Below, piece after piece: positions 63,417 through 64,000 of a DNA stretch of 64,000 bases. A program made the translations under genes and the position numbers. The notes below the pieces were generated by a model, which ran no database searches, was not told the origin of the DNA, and saw only the letters and a list, made by a program, of their open reading frames with translations. The DNA comes from Acidimicrobiia bacterium (lineage in GTDB: Bacteria; Actinomycetota; Acidimicrobiia; Spongiisociales; Spongiisociaceae): positions 2,747,351-2,811,350 of the forward strand of contig OZ246890.1 in the NCBI GenBank assembly GCA_965231815.1, given 5' to 3'. Within the stretch, counting starts at the first letter, position 1. Each line of letters opens with the position of its first letter.

Positions 63417-64000
63417 CTAGCCCTGGGGCACGTCTCCGTCGGGACCGGCGCCGGTGCCGAGCGGCGCATTGATCCAGTCCACCAGGTCTTGGCGTTCGAG
63501 AAGGCGGTTGAACCAGACTTCCTGGACCTCGTAATCCTGCCACTCCACGCCTTCGGCGATGTAGCCCTCCTCGCGTCCCGACTCGAAACTGTCGGCTACT
63601 ACGTTGCCGAAGTAGGTGATCTCACCGGGCGTGAACATGTAGTCCTTGGCGTCTGCCAGCAGCGGGAAGTAGTTGAGTTCGGTCATGATGCGGGAAGTCA
63701 CGAGACCGCCGAGGCTGGTGCCGCCGGTCTGGTCTTTTGCCTCTTCACCGACGAACTCGCCCACGATCTCGGGATACTCGTCCAGGTAGCGGGAGGCCCG
63801 ATACCAGATCGCCAACGAGCGAAGAACCGTCTCCGGGTTCTCCTCGAGCCAGTCGGCCCGTACACCCTCGGTCGAGTAGAGGATCGCCGAAGCGCCGAAC
63901 AACTCTAGCGGCGCCGCCACAACATACTCACCGGCCAGTTCCTCGGAGTAGAGCATCCTGGCCTGGGCGGAGAGGTTGCCCGTGTAGTAGTCCGCCTCAC
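63417..64000 (-). CDS. ABC substrate-binding protein (SsuA/TauA-like), C-terminal part
   Basis: VRADWLEENPETVLRSLAIWYRASRYL pattern, acidic; gene continues beyond the window. Confidence 0.55.
   Translation of the reverse strand, partial: EADYYTGNLSAQARMLYSEELAGEYVVAAPLELFGASAILYSTEGVRADWLEENPETVLRSLAIWYRASRYLDEYPEIVGEFVGEEAKDQTGGTSLGGLVTSRIMTELNYFPLLADAKDYMFTPGEITYFGNVVADSFESGREEGYIAEGVEWQDYEVQEVWFNRLLERQDLVDWINAPLGTGAGPDGDVPQG

Overview
High-GC actinobacterial-looking DNA. Gene content and order (udg-tsaE-tsaB-rimI-tsaD-groES-groEL with tandem CIRCE, a mycothiol-type MDMPI protein, an F420 LLM enzyme) suggest Acidimicrobiia, which is an inference. The window has three zones. (1) 1-17.2 kb is an accessory catabolic island: creatininase, M20 deacylase, amidohydrolase, two enolase-superfamily enzymes, IclR, a Pot-like ABC importer, acetamidase, hicBA, and a reverse-strand Gfo/MBL/DHDPS/deacylase cluster. 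(2) 17.3-38.7 kb is mostly housekeeping and carries four copies of a ~110-bp IS5-type MITE, three of them at TAG stop codons. (3) 38.9-64 kb is a second, heavily eroded accessory zone with many gene fragments. It contains a 7,752-bp IS3-bounded composite element (48470-56221, GTC target duplication) that splits a phosphotriesterase-like gene. The best candidate for an undescribed system is its cargo: a GmrSD(DUF262/HNH)-Schlafen/AlbA_2 fusion followed after 15 bp by a membrane protein with six CxxC..H..C repeats. Three times, cargo lies between two diverged copies of the upstream gene's 3' end. No rRNA, tRNA or CRISPR array was recognised. All family calls come from motif reading, not database searches.
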